A stretch of DNA of 63,226 nt, filler included, from 6 parts of 6 records of this genome joined end to end with filler, not necessarily neighbours in it; one strand, 5' to 3'; shown: positions 40,350 to 50,423, counted from the whole stretch's first letter. Notes: generated from the letters alone by a model not told the origin. A program made the numbers and translations.

Positions 40350-42389
40350 ATGATGAGATTTTATTCAGTATTGATTATATTATTTTTGATGCAGACAATG
40401 CCTGTGTTCTCCAGAGACAGCTCAAAAAAAGTTAAGGAAATGATCCTGCGCAGTGATCTTGAAGGACTCCAGGAGATGGCCGACGAAAAAGGCGGCTGGC
40501 CCTCCCTCCTGTCCGCGCATCCGGATATGCTTTATTACGCCCTGGACAGATATGACTCCCACTATTCCTACAGCATCGATCTCGACACGATTGGGTTCCT
40601 CTTGGATCATGGAGCCGGCCGGCTGCCCTATCCCGAACCAGAGGGCAGCTACTTTCATCAGATGCTGCAGAACCCTGTCCGGAGCGACCACTGGGAAAAC
40701 CTCGCGGAACGGCTACTGGAAACGGACCTGGATCCCCGATTCATAGATGGATTCGGTTGCAGCTACCTGCATTATGTCTGCGCCAGGGAGACATCCTTTT
40801 CATACGGCCTGGCGAAAAGACTGATCGAGACGGGAGCGGATATCGAAAGGAAGGATAATCGCGGCCTGAGCCCCCTTTTTCACGCCGCTTCGTCAGGTCA
40901 GACCGACGTGGTTAAGCTGCTGCTGGATCATCGGGCGTCCCTGGAAGATCCGAAGATCCTATACGAAGCGTTGAGATATGACCGCCTGTCCACCTTTGAA
41001 GTATTGCTGGATCATAAGGATTCTCCGTATGATCCGAACCTCCCTTTCGAGGCCCTGAGAAACGGTCATGTATCCGTTCTGGAAACATTGCTGGATCGGG
41101 GAATGGATATTGATGCGACCAACTCCCGCGGGCGGACTTTGCTCATGGAGCTGTTCTACTCGATTCATCATGAAAGACCGGCCGAGGAGATACTGGAGGT
41201 CCTTCTAAAAAGAAATGCCGATTTGAGTATTCAGGACAGTGGTGGGAATACGGTTCTGCATCATGCCTTGGGAAGATCAATCGGAAAGGCGCTGATCCCC
41301 TCCCTGATGGCCCATAACCCTCCCGTTGATGTTGCGAACGAAGAAGGGATCTGCCCTCTCCATCTGGCGGATACCAAGGAAAACATAGCCCTGCTGTTGG
41401 AAGCCGGCGCCGATCCCGATAGAAGAACAAACAGGGGTGAGACGGCCCTGGAAAAAGCCCTGTATTACAGCAGAACTCCCGCGTCATTGCAAGCCCTTGT
41501 AGACGGCGGCGCCGACATCAATGCCCTGGATAGCGATGGGGAGCCTTATCTGTTCCGGACAGTTCAGAACCGGGATCAGACGGAATTTCTATTGAAAAAC
41601 GGGGCGGATCCGCGCCAAAGAAGCTCCTCCGGAAGAGCCCTGCTTTTCGCCTATGCCCGATGGGGAAATCAGAAGGTTTGGGAGCTGTTTCCCTTTGCGG
41701 AAGAGGAGGTCGAGTTGAGGGACAGGGACGGGTATACTCCTCTTCATATCGCATTGGATAACAAAGAGTATTCCTTTGCCTACGACCTGGTCCAACGGGG
41801 CGCTGATTACCTTATGGAGGCAGATAACGGGGACAGGCCGGTGGATGCTTTACTGGAGGATAAATCAGAACTGAGCAAACTCCCGTCCGACTTCCCCGAA
41901 CTTCATTCATTCTTTCTGAGCGCTTTGGATTTCGGAGCGGAATATAAGGAGAAGATCGAATATTACGCCCTGAAAGATCGGGAAATGAATAAAGCCCGGC
42001 GGTTACGAAAGATGCGCAAGGGACTTTTGATTTTCCTCCCTGCCTTGTTTTGGCTGGGGGCAACCATCCTGATCTGCCCCAGGACCCCTCACGGTTCTCT
42101 GGCTTCGCTTAATAACTTTGTATTTATGTGCTTCATTGGCGCTGCGTTATGCGGGTTGATCGGCGCCGGGATCACTCCGAGTGCACCGGACGGCGTTATG
42201 ATAGACCCAAGCAAAGGGGTCGGATTCATTCTCGGAGGGATTGCGGGGCTCATAGCCGGAATCGCCGGCAGTATTGTCTGGCATCGTCAGTTGGCTGGGA
42301 TTACCGGATTGGAATACGCAGCTCCCGGATTGGCGGCACTGGCCGGGTTCATTTATTTAACCCTTATGGGATTCCGATCCGGATCTTAG
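40350..42389 (+). CDS. Exported ankyrin-repeat protein with C-terminal TM helices
   Basis: Signal peptide; repeated GxSPLxxA/GxTxLH...LL..GAD units; about three hydrophobic C-terminal segments. Confidence 0.88.
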   Translation: MMRFYSVLIILFLMQTMPVFSRDSSKKVKEMILRSDLEGLQEMADEKGGWPSLLSAHPDMLYYALDRYDSHYSYSIDLDTIGFLLDHGAGRLPYPEPEGSYFHQMLQNPVRSDHWENLAERLLETDLDPRFIDGFGCSYLHYVCARETSFSYGLAKRLIETGADIERKDNRGLSPLFHAASSGQTDVVKLLLDHRASLEDPKILYEALRYDRLSTFEVLLDHKDSPYDPNLPFEALRNGHVSVLETLLDRGMDIDATNSRGRTLLMELFYSIHHERPAEEILEVLLKRNADLSIQDSGGNTVLHHALGRSIGKALIPSLMAHNPPVDVANEEGICPLHLADTKENIALLLEAGADPDRRTNRGETALEKALYYSRTPASLQALVDGGADINALDSDGEPYLFRTVQNRDQTEFLLKNGADPRQRSSSGRALLFAYARWGNQKVWELFPFAEEEVELRDRDGYTPLHIALDNKEYSFAYDLVQRGADYLMEADNGDRPVDALLEDKSELSKLPSDFPELHSFFLSALDFGAEYKEKIEYYALKDREMNKARRLRKMRKGLLIFLPALFWLGATILICPRTPHGSLASLNNFVFMCFIGAALCGLIGAGITPSAPDGVMIDPSKGVGFILGGIAGLIAGIAGSIVWHRQLAGITGLEYAAPGLAALAGFIYLTLMGFRSGS

Positions 42390-42444
42390 GAACCGGCAAT
42401 CCATCTCTTGAGGATCTCTGATCCAGCCCTTCAGCGTGTCATCG

Positions 42445-42544
42445 NNNNNNNNNNNNNNNNNNNNNNNNNNNNNNNNNNNNNNNNNNNNTTAATTAATTAA
42501 NNNNNNNNNNNNNNNNNNNNNNNNNNNNNNNNNNNNNNNNNNNN
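42445..42544. other. Artificial contig spacer
   Basis: N44-TTAATTAATTAA-N44. Confidence 0.98.
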
Positions 42545-43050
42545 AAATTCAAGAACTCGAAAAGCTTATCCTCGTAGACAGTTTGACAAAAATTCCAAAT
42601 AGAAAATATATGGAAAATGAGATTGAGAAAAGAATCAGGGAGTATGAGCGGCTGCAAATTCCTTTCGGAATTCTGTTCATGGATATTGATCACTTCAAAA
42701 TATTCAATGACACCCACGGACATGAGATAGGCGATGAAATCCTGAAATCAGTTGCAGCAACGATGATAGCCTCGGCCCGGCCCTTCGATACATTCGGAAG
42801 GTGGGGTGGAGAAGAATTCCTGGCAGTGATACCAAACATAAACCTCGAAGCCCTGGCCTCTGTAGCCGAAAGAGTCAGAGTTCTTATTATGCATACCTAT
42901 CTTGCCAATAACAAAGATCTCGGCGCAACCCTCTCCATTGGCGGAACCGTCTGGAGTCAAAGTGATACGATGCAGTCACTGATATTCCGGGCCGACAAAC
43001 TTATGTACGAAAGCAAGTCCGCCGGCCGGAACAGGGTAACCACGGGATAA
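42545..43050 (+). CDS. Diguanylate cyclase (GGDEF domain), 5' truncated
   Basis: DSLTKIPNR, DIDHFKIFNDTHGH, RWGGEEF, GRNRV. Confidence 0.92.
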
Positions 43051-43076
43051 CCCACCTGTTCAGAACGGCAGCAGCG

Positions 43077-44573
43077 TTATAGGTTAAACCAGCTTCTGAA
43101 ATCGTCTTCCTTCATAGCCGGAAAGCTCTTGTGGAAAAATTCATTGGAGTGGCAGTCAAACCGGTAATCCTCCACCCATGCAGTAAAATTCCGTGCCACT
43201 GCTTCAATCGCTTCCAGAATGTACTCTAGCTCTCCGTCGGTCATTGTCGGATGGAGAGACAGCCGAACCCAGCCCGGTTTCTTGCTTAAATCCCCATTAT
43301 CGATCATCTCTGTTATCTCCAGCGACTGCTCCCGGCTCACTGCCAGCAGGTAGTGACCGTAGGTCCCGGCACAGGAACAGCCCCCCCGGACCTGAATACC
43401 GTAATAGTCATTTAACAGCCTGACAAAAAGATTGTGGTGGATGGCTTCGGCATAGAACGAGATAACCCCAATCCGCGGCTCGTCTCCGTCGGCCAGAACA
43501 TGAACCCCGGGAATGGCGCGGATACCGGTCATGGCTTTCTTTAAAAGCTCCTCTTCCCGGGCGGCGATCTTCTCCGTTCCCATCTGCTCCTTCAGATTAA
43601 TCGCCAAAGCCGTTCTGAAGGACTGGAGAAAACCGGGGGTTCCGCCGTCTTCTCTGGCTTCGATATCGGTAATATAGGAACGTTTGCCCCAGCGGTTTGT
43701 CCAGGTGACCGTTCCGCCTCCGGGATGATCGGGAACGGGATTCCGGTAAAGATCCTGATTAAAAATCAGGACCCCCGAGCTCCCGGGTCCGCCCAGAAAT
43801 TTATGGGGAGAAAAGTAGATCCCGTCCAGGTATCCACAGGGGTCACCTTCGGGATGCATATCGATATCCACATAGGGGGCCGAAGCGGCGTAATCCACAA
43901 AGGCATATCCGCCGTTTTTGTGCATCAGCCGGGCCAGATCAATGTAGGGAGGAAAGATGCCGGTCACATTGGAACAGGCGGAAAAAGCCCCGATCTTGAG
44001 TTCCCGATCCTTATACTTCTCCAGAGCCTCCTCCAGAGAGGCGGGATTCACGGTCATATCAGGATTCGGTTCCAGAACAATAACATCGGCAGCCGTTTCC
44101 AGCCAGGAGGTATGATTGGAGTGATGCTCCAGATGGGTGACAAAGACGACGGGCCGGGAGACATCATCTTTCGAATCAATACGGTTGCCCGGAATTCCGC
44201 AGGAGAGATCAAGGACGGGATCATAGTTTTTCAATCCCAGCATCCGCTGGAGTTTATTGACCACTGCGGTCATCCCGAAACCGGCGGTGATGATCACATC
44301 CTTCTCCCCGGCATTCACATGCTCCTTGATAAGCCGATGGGACAGGTGGTAGGAGTTCGTCATAATCTTACCGGTCTCCGAAGACTCGGAATGGGTGTTG
44401 GCCACCATGGGGCCGAAGGTTTCGATCATCTTCTCTTCAACCGGACGGTAAAGACGGCCCGAGGCTATCCAATCGGCGTAGATCAGGGGTTTTTCGCCGT
44501 TCGGAGTCTCCACCTTTGCGTCGATACCGATGATATTATCCCGGAATGGTTTAAAATGGCTTTCAAGATTCAT
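43077..44573 (-). CDS. Class V PLP aminotransferase (cysteine desulfurase/selenocysteine lyase-like)
   Basis: YADWIASG, EHHSN, SPHKFLGGPG, GGTP, RGGCSCAG. Confidence 0.88.
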   Translation of the reverse strand: MNLESHFKPFRDNIIGIDAKVETPNGEKPLIYADWIASGRLYRPVEEKMIETFGPMVANTHSESSETGKIMTNSYHLSHRLIKEHVNAGEKDVIITAGFGMTAVVNKLQRMLGLKNYDPVLDLSCGIPGNRIDSKDDVSRPVVFVTHLEHHSNHTSWLETAADVIVLEPNPDMTVNPASLEEALEKYKDRELKIGAFSACSNVTGIFPPYIDLARLMHKNGGYAFVDYAASAPYVDIDMHPEGDPCGYLDGIYFSPHKFLGGPGSSGVLIFNQDLYRNPVPDHPGGGTVTWTNRWGKRSYITDIEAREDGGTPGFLQSFRTALAINLKEQMGTEKIAAREEELLKKAMTGIRAIPGVHVLADGDEPRIGVISFYAEAIHHNLFVRLLNDYYGIQVRGGCSCAGTYGHYLLAVSREQSLEITEMIDNGDLSKKPGWVRLSLHPTMTDGELEYILEAIEAVARNFTAWVEDYRFDCHSNEFFHKSFPAMKEDDFRSWFNL

Positions 44574-44686
44574 TGATTTTCCTCCAATATGCGGATTTTA
44601 GAATACTATGTGTTCGGGGAAAATTCAATGAAGAGTGCGTAATGACAACGATTGACAGAAGGGTATCCGCAGAGGAGAATAAGACT

Positions 44687-45610
44687 ATGAGAAGATCCGA
44701 ACTCGTTCATACCTATTCCATAATCGCTGTAGACGCCGAGGCTGGTGTGATGGGCGGTGCCGTCCAGTCTCATTACTTCTCCGTTGGAGGAACAGTCATC
44801 TGGGCCGAAGCAGGGGCCGGGGTCGTGGCCACCCAGGCAATGGTCAATCCGGAGTACGGCCCCCGGGGGGTGGCAGGGCTTCAGCAGGGCATGACGGCCC
44901 GGGCGGTTTTGGACGGGCTGACAGGAGAAGATAAAGGCTCCGCGATACGGCAGGCGGCGGTACTGGACTGCCGTGGCGGGATTGCCGCATTTACAGGAGA
45001 AAAAACAATCAGGGAAGCGGGTCATGTGACAGGAAAAAACTTCTCCTGCCAGGCCAATATGATGCTGAACGCCGGAGTCCCTGCAGCAATGGCCCGGGGC
45101 TTTGAATCGGCGGAAGGGAATCTGGCCGAAAGACTTCTGTCAGCCTTAAAGGCCGCCGAGGCGACAGGGGGTGATATCCGGGGAAGACAGTCCGCCGCCC
45201 TGACTATTGTCTCCCTCGAGAACAGAGGTTCTGTCAGAGGAAACAATCTTCTTGACCTGCGTGTGGAGGATGATCCGGAACCGCTGATAGAAATGGAGAG
45301 ACTGCTGCGGATAAACCGGGCCTACAAACATGCTGATAGGGGCGATCTGGCCCTGGAAAAAGGAGATAAGAGCGGAGCCATGGCCGAATACAGAAAGGCC
45401 GAAGAGCTTCTTCCCGAGAACCTGGAACTGAAATTCTGGAAAGGGGTGGCTCTTCTGAATCTGAAGGATTTCGAGCCTGCCGCCGCCGTCCTTGCACCGG
45501 TGTTTGAGGCCGACGAAAACTGGGGAAAACTCCTCCGGCGCCTTCCGTCGGCGGGGATTACAGGAAATGATAAGGAAACTCGAGATTTTATCGCCCGCTG
45601 GCAGGAATAG
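44687..45610 (+). CDS. DUF1028 (Ntn-hydrolase-like) protein with C-terminal TPR
   Basis: TYSIIAVD, GVVATQA, GGDIRGRQSAAL, DLRVED; GAGGAG RBS before ATG at 44687. Confidence 0.85.
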   Translation: MRRSELVHTYSIIAVDAEAGVMGGAVQSHYFSVGGTVIWAEAGAGVVATQAMVNPEYGPRGVAGLQQGMTARAVLDGLTGEDKGSAIRQAAVLDCRGGIAAFTGEKTIREAGHVTGKNFSCQANMMLNAGVPAAMARGFESAEGNLAERLLSALKAAEATGGDIRGRQSAALTIVSLENRGSVRGNNLLDLRVEDDPEPLIEMERLLRINRAYKHADRGDLALEKGDKSGAMAEYRKAEELLPENLELKFWKGVALLNLKDFEPAAAVLAPVFEADENWGKLLRRLPSAGITGNDKETRDFIARWQE

Positions 45611-46213
45611 ATGGAGATACGGGAAGTCAAACCGTCTGACGAGGCGGCAATCATGGAAATCTGTTTCCGGACCTTCGGCGACGGCTCCGATGACCGGTAC
45701 GAACATCTGGCAGGTCTCCGCTGGGCGGTTCCCTACATCCGCTGGGAAACCCCTCACTGCTTCGCCGCGGTGGATGAGACCAACAGACCGGCAGGCTACG
45801 TCCTCTCCTCTCCGGATTCACTCCCCTTTATGCGGGCCTTCCACCGCCGGATGCGCCGGGAAATCAGTGCCGAACTGAAACTCAAGCGCCCCCGGTTCGG
45901 CCGTCGTGAATTCCGGAAGGTCCGGTTTCGAAAGCTCTACTACTTCGACAGTCTCCCCCGCTGGATCGCCCGTGAATACCCGGCCCACCTCCACATAGAC
46001 ATCCTCCCGGAATACCAGGGCATGGGTCTGGGAAAAGAGCTGATGGACAGGCTTCTCAACCACCTGCGGGAGGAAGGCTGTGCGGGGATTCACCTCGGTG
46101 TCGGACCGGAAAATGATGGGGCCATCCGATTTTACAGGCGGGCGGGATTTGAAATTCTGCATGAGTCTAAAAAAAAGCCCGTCACCTTCATGGGGCTCAG
46201 GCTGAACACCTGA
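45611..46213 (+). CDS. GNAT family N-acetyltransferase
   Basis: YPAHLHIDILPEYQGMGLG, GIHLGV, N..AIRFY...GF. Confidence 0.9.
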   Translation: MEIREVKPSDEAAIMEICFRTFGDGSDDRYEHLAGLRWAVPYIRWETPHCFAAVDETNRPAGYVLSSPDSLPFMRAFHRRMRREISAELKLKRPRFGRREFRKVRFRKLYYFDSLPRWIAREYPAHLHIDILPEYQGMGLGKELMDRLLNHLREEGCAGIHLGVGPENDGAIRFYRRAGFEILHESKKKPVTFMGLRLNT

Positions 46214-46233
46214 GTTTTCACAAACAATAAAAC

Positions 46234-46263
46234 ATGACGAATACAGTAGGGTTGTGGTATAAT
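46234..46263 (+). promoter_or_regulatory. Sigma70-type promoter with extended -10 for the lipoprotein-rSAM pair
   Basis: ATGACG, 18-bp spacer, TG-G-TATAAT (46255-46263); AGGAGG RBS downstream. Confidence 0.55.
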
Positions 46264-46287
46264 CTTTATACAGGAAGGAGGAACTCC

Positions 46288-46665
46288 ATGGGAAAGCTGA
46301 AGAATATCCTGAGGGCTGCAGCGACAGGAAGTTTTACACTTCTTCTGGCCGCCTGCTACGGCGTGGCCTATGATCAGGAGACCATGAGCGGAAAGGTGAA
46401 GGTTCTCGACGGTGAAGGAAATCCCATTGAAGGTCTCTCGTTAAGTCTTGTGAAGAATGATATGGATCCCAACCAGATTCGGTTCACTGACGCCGAGGGC
46501 ATAGGGGAATGGGGAGGCATGGATCCCTACTCCGAATACAGCCTGATCATCGAAGACATCGACGGTCCCGCAAACGGCGGAGAATTCCAGAAGAAAGAAA
46601 TAACCGTAGAAAATAATACCCCCTTCGGTGATTTTGATTCCATAGCCATTTTAGACGAGGTATAG
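46288..46665 (+). CDS. Lipoprotein of the rSAM/lipoprotein system (TIGR04134-like), lipobox LAAC followed by YG
   Basis: AGGAGG RBS, signal II MGKLKNILRAAATGSFTLLLAAC, GKVKVLD.EGNPIEG, EDIDGPANGG; adjacent rSAM. Confidence 0.8.
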   Translation: MGKLKNILRAAATGSFTLLLAACYGVAYDQETMSGKVKVLDGEGNPIEGLSLSLVKNDMDPNQIRFTDAEGIGEWGGMDPYSEYSLIIEDIDGPANGGEFQKKEITVENNTPFGDFDSIAILDEV

Positions 46666-46684
46666 GGCAGGCCCCTCATCAGCC

Positions 46685-47767
46685 TTGGAAATCCTCACCG
46701 GCCTGCGACAGCGGCTTTACCACCGGTACACCGATGGTGAAATCAGGGATCACGATCTCACCTACCTCTTTCTTGAATTAACCCGCCGATGCAACCTCAG
46801 CTGTATCCACTGCGGATCCGACTGCACAAGCCATGTTTCAGGCAAAGAGCTCACCACCGACAGCTGGCTGAAAATAATTGAATACATCCGTACAACCTTC
46901 TCCCCCCTTCCCTTCATCGTCCTCACAGGCGGCGAACCCCTGGTCCACCCGGATCTTTTCAAAATTACCGGAACCCTGAAAGCCGGCGGCTTCTCCTGGG
47001 GAATGGTGACCAACGGCTACACCCTCAATCAAGGGGTGATCGACAGACTGATCGCAGACGCCATCCACGCCATAACCCTCTCCTGGGATGGAGATGAGGA
47101 GGACATCAATTACATCCGCAACCATCCTGATGCCTATGATCGAATTTCACATGCTTTAAGGGTGATCGGAAACGCCCCGATCCCGTCGCGGGACGCCGTG
47201 ACCTGCGTCTATAAGGGTAATCTCCAAAAACTGGACAGGATCTCCGACGAACTGCTGGAAGCGGGCATGAACAGCCACCGGCTCTTCCGGATCTTTCCCA
47301 AAGGAAGAGCCGCCGGGAATCCGAATCTGAACTTGAGCCGGGAGGAGAGTCTTGGACTGGTCCGGTGGATCGCCGAAAACCGGCCGGCTTACCGGAAAAA
47401 AGGACTCGATCTCTCCTTCAGCTGTGAAGGCTTCCTTCCCTTCGCCGAGGATCTACAGGTTCGTCAGGAACCCTTCTTTTGCCGTTCCGGGATCAACTTT
47501 GCCTCGGTCCTCGCCGACGGGAATATCACCGGCTGCAACAACAACGGGCCGGCCTTCTATCAGGGGAATATACTCAATGAAAACTTCGCCCGGGTCTGGG
47601 AGGAGGAGTTCAAGATTTACAGGGACAAGGAGTGGATGCACAGCGGGATTTGCACCGGCTGCACCGAATGGAAATACTGCCGGGGCGGCTCGGTCCACCT
47701 GCGGACCGAAGGTAAAGCCGGCCCCGACTTCTGCTATATTAAGGGAAGTCCGGAGAATCCGGACTAG
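46685..47767 (+). CDS. Radical SAM/SPASM enzyme (TIGR04133-like)
   Basis: CNLSCIHCGSDC, TGGEPL, WGMVTNG, FRIFPKGRA, SPASM Cys set FFCRSG/ITGC/CTGC..CRGG/FC; TTG start. Confidence 0.88.
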   Translation: MEILTGLRQRLYHRYTDGEIRDHDLTYLFLELTRRCNLSCIHCGSDCTSHVSGKELTTDSWLKIIEYIRTTFSPLPFIVLTGGEPLVHPDLFKITGTLKAGGFSWGMVTNGYTLNQGVIDRLIADAIHAITLSWDGDEEDINYIRNHPDAYDRISHALRVIGNAPIPSRDAVTCVYKGNLQKLDRISDELLEAGMNSHRLFRIFPKGRAAGNPNLNLSREESLGLVRWIAENRPAYRKKGLDLSFSCEGFLPFAEDLQVRQEPFFCRSGINFASVLADGNITGCNNNGPAFYQGNILNENFARVWEEEFKIYRDKEWMHSGICTGCTEWKYCRGGSVHLRTEGKAGPDFCYIKGSPENPD

Positions 47768-48552
47768 AGAAAAAACGCGGGCTTCCGATACTCTCTGCAG
47801 AGTTTCGCCAGACGATCTGCAGTTCCCAGAATCTTCTCATTCTCCCAAATCCGGACCCCTGCGGGACAGCTTTTGACACAGGCGGTGCAGATGATACAGA
47901 GTTCACCGTCGGTTTCCACCGATCCGTCCACCCGTACCGCTCCCACGGGACAGACCTCCGCACATTTTCCACAGAGGGTGCAGCCCGCACTCTTTGTTAC
48001 AGGAGCGGGGCCTTTCGGGGGAGTCCACTCCCGGTAGGGCCGGTTTCCCGGCATTCTAAGAGGCTCAACAGCCGAATCCGTCTTCTCCTGTTTGGCCCGG
48101 ACCTGCCGGCCGAACTCCCGGGCGGCGGCCATATCCTCCGGATCGGGGCGTCCCGCCCCCAGAGGGGTCTTCGGAGTACTGAGGGAGTGCTCCCCGATGA
48201 AAGCGCCGCCGGCAATAGGGATAAAACCGTTTTCGATCAGCATATCACTCAATTCAAGCAGGGCATCATCATAATGGCGGTTGCCGTAGACTGCCGCGAG
48301 GATCGCCGGAGTATTCCGGCCCTTCACCCCTTTCAGCCGCTCCATCGCCGTCGCCGGAACCCGGCCGCCGTAAACCGGAACACCGATAACCACCGTCTCG
48401 TCAGCGCCGCATTCAACCGGGCCGGCAAGGGGTTTTGTTAAATCCGTCGTCTCAATCTGATCGATCCCCATGGACCGGGCGATGGCTTCTACTGTTTTCT
48501 GTGTTGTCTTTGTGGGAGAGAAGTAGATCTCCCGAACTTTCTTCGTAACCAT
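47764..48552 (-). CDS. Flavodoxin-fold plus 2x[4Fe-4S] ferredoxin (EFR1-like)
   Basis: YFSPTKTT, PVYGGR, YGNRHYDDAL, CTLCGKCAEVCP, CIICTACVKSCP. Confidence 0.9.
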   Translation of the reverse strand: MVTKKVREIYFSPTKTTQKTVEAIARSMGIDQIETTDLTKPLAGPVECGADETVVIGVPVYGGRVPATAMERLKGVKGRNTPAILAAVYGNRHYDDALLELSDMLIENGFIPIAGGAFIGEHSLSTPKTPLGAGRPDPEDMAAAREFGRQVRAKQEKTDSAVEPLRMPGNRPYREWTPPKGPAPVTKSAGCTLCGKCAEVCPVGAVRVDGSVETDGELCIICTACVKSCPAGVRIWENEKILGTADRLAKLCREYRKPAFFL

Positions 48553-48674
48553 AGTTCATAATACTACAGAAAGAACTAGATTACATCCAGTAGCGCCGGG
48601 ACCAAAAAATAATCGGATTTTTCGACCCGGATGGAGTAAAATAAAAACATTCATTTCCAGATAAAGGACCTGCT

Positions 48675-49305
48675 ATGAAGAAGACCGGAAAACGCAATCC
48701 CCGAAGACGGATCGATATCTTGAGTTTCATAATCCTCTTTCTTGCTGCAATGATCTTTTTAAACCTCTGCCTCAACCCGGCGGATCCCGCAGGCGAAGGG
48801 ATAAGAGTCACAAAGATCAGCAGTTTTCGGCTGAATCATATCCTGAATATCCTCAACGCCCCTTTTAAATGGATGACAGGAGAGCTGTTCACCCTCCTCG
48901 GGACCGCCCTCTGGCCCCTGCCGATAGTCATCGCTGTTTCGGTTATCCTTTTCTGGATTCGAAATACGGTGAAAACCCGACTTGCCTTTGTCCTTCTGCT
49001 GTGGGGCTATATTGAACTCCTCCTTATATGGTCCGTCCCGGGATTTTTCGGAATCCTCAGCCCGGCCGGCCGGCTGGGGGGTCTTCTTGAGACAGGGTTC
49101 CAACCCATCGGCGGGATCTTTTCTTATCTGCCCCTTCTCATTCTCTCCCTGCTGATCTACCTCCGCATTCTGACAGGAAAAAGCCGGTGGAAAAAAATGA
49201 CCACCGCCCTCTTCCGTAAAAAAAGCGGCAGGCAGAAAAGGACGACCCGGAAGGAGCGTCGTAGCGCAGCTTCGGAAAAACCAAAAAGAAAGGCGAAAAC
49301 TACGG
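48675..49305 (+). CDS. Multi-TM membrane protein, possibly an FtsK-type N-terminus; 3' truncated
   Basis: About four TM segments, GRLGGLL, Lys/Arg-rich linker running into the spacer. Confidence 0.5.
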
Positions 49306-49405
49306 NNNNNNNNNNNNNNNNNNNNNNNNNNNNNNNNNNNNNNNNNNNNTTAATTAATTAANNNNNNNNNNNNNNNNNNNNNNNNNNNNNNNNNNNNNNN
49401 NNNNN
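49306..49405. other. Artificial contig spacer
   Basis: N44-TTAATTAATTAA-N44. Confidence 0.98.
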
Positions 49406-49434
49406 TCTACGCTTACCCGGAGTCTACGCTTACC
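49406..49434 (+). repeat. Tandem 17-mer: partial copy (49406-49417) plus full copy (49418-49434)
   Basis: TCTACGCTTACC-CGGAGTCTACGCTTACC at the contig start. Confidence 0.92.
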
Positions 49435-49474
49435 TAATCTGAGAAGAGAATCATATTATCCGACAGACTCCTGG
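49435..49474. mobile_element. Right end of a CTAGGAG-type MITE (same family as 50424-50586)
   Basis: TAATCTGAGAAGAGAATCATATTATCCGACAGACTCCTGG aligns to TGATCTGAGAAAAAATCTTACTTTCGGAGAACCTCCTAG. Confidence 0.7.
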
Positions 49475-49482
49475 ACCTGTTC

Positions 49483-50421
49483 ATGAAATTTCCTCTTTTT
49501 TTATGCGTCATCCTCGTCGGGGTGACCCCTTTTTTTTTCCTGGGCGGCCCTGTCTATCATTCACCTCAGTCGTACAAGGCTGCTTGGAATCTTGGTCATA
49601 TCTTTTTTTTCAGTGTTTTCACCATCCTCCTTTTTCCGTATGTAATACGCCAAAAACGCCAACGACACGAACTGCAGCACTTTTTGATGGTGTTTTTGGT
49701 TGTGCTCGTGCTGGGCTTTCTGGTCGAATTGCTGCAGATGTACAGCAGTCACAGATCCCCAGACATGTATGATATCCTGCGTAATCAACTTGGCTGCCTT
49801 GTCGGATATACTCTGGTCACTTTCAAACATAAGGCAGCAGGGGCGAGATGGTGGCTAATGCCATTTCGGTGTTTTGTTTGTGGCTGCCTGCTTTTCGCTC
49901 TTTGGCCTCTTACCCGCAGTCTTGTTGATGAACATATTGCGCAAAAGCAATTCCCGGTACTTGCAGATTTTGAAACACCTTTGGAGCGGTTACGCTGGAT
50001 AAATTCCAGGCAACTCGAAGTTCAAGAGAAATTTGTGCGGCACGGCAAGCGGGCGCTCCAAGTTAAGTTGACCACCGCAACCTATTCTGGCACTACCTTG
50101 TTTAATTTTCCACATAACTGGCACGGTTACAGCATATTGCATTTTAGTGTGTATAACCCCCGGGAACAATCGCTTGAGCTCCACTGCCGCATTCACGACA
50201 GAAAGCACAAGGAAAGCGGTTTCGCCTTTTCTGATCGATTCCATCGAAAATTTACTGTGCATCAGGGGTGGAATGATCTTCAGGTGCCGTTGATGGAAGT
50301 CAAGCAGGCGCCACAATCAAGAAATATGGATATGGGGAATATTGAAAATTTCGGGCTTTTTGTTGTCCGTCAGCCAGAGTCACGTCTTTTGTATTTGGAT
50401 CATATTTATCTCAGCAGGTAA
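49483..50421 (+). CDS. VanZ-like membrane protein with a soluble C-terminal (carbohydrate-binding-like) domain
   Basis: WNLGH, VELLQ...RSPD..DILRNQLG; beta-rich C-terminal domain. Confidence 0.75.
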   Translation: MKFPLFLCVILVGVTPFFFLGGPVYHSPQSYKAAWNLGHIFFFSVFTILLFPYVIRQKRQRHELQHFLMVFLVVLVLGFLVELLQMYSSHRSPDMYDILRNQLGCLVGYTLVTFKHKAAGARWWLMPFRCFVCGCLLFALWPLTRSLVDEHIAQKQFPVLADFETPLERLRWINSRQLEVQEKFVRHGKRALQVKLTTATYSGTTLFNFPHNWHGYSILHFSVYNPREQSLELHCRIHDRKHKESGFAFSDRFHRKFTVHQGWNDLQVPLMEVKQAPQSRNMDMGNIENFGLFVVRQPESRLLYLDHIYLSR

Positions 50422-50423
50422 TC

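Noticed and set aside
30012-44573. Selenocysteine recoding, or a selenium link between the ygfK/xdh operon and the class V aminotransferase
   Set aside because: The ORFs are full-length with no in-frame TGA, and the two loci lie on different contigs.
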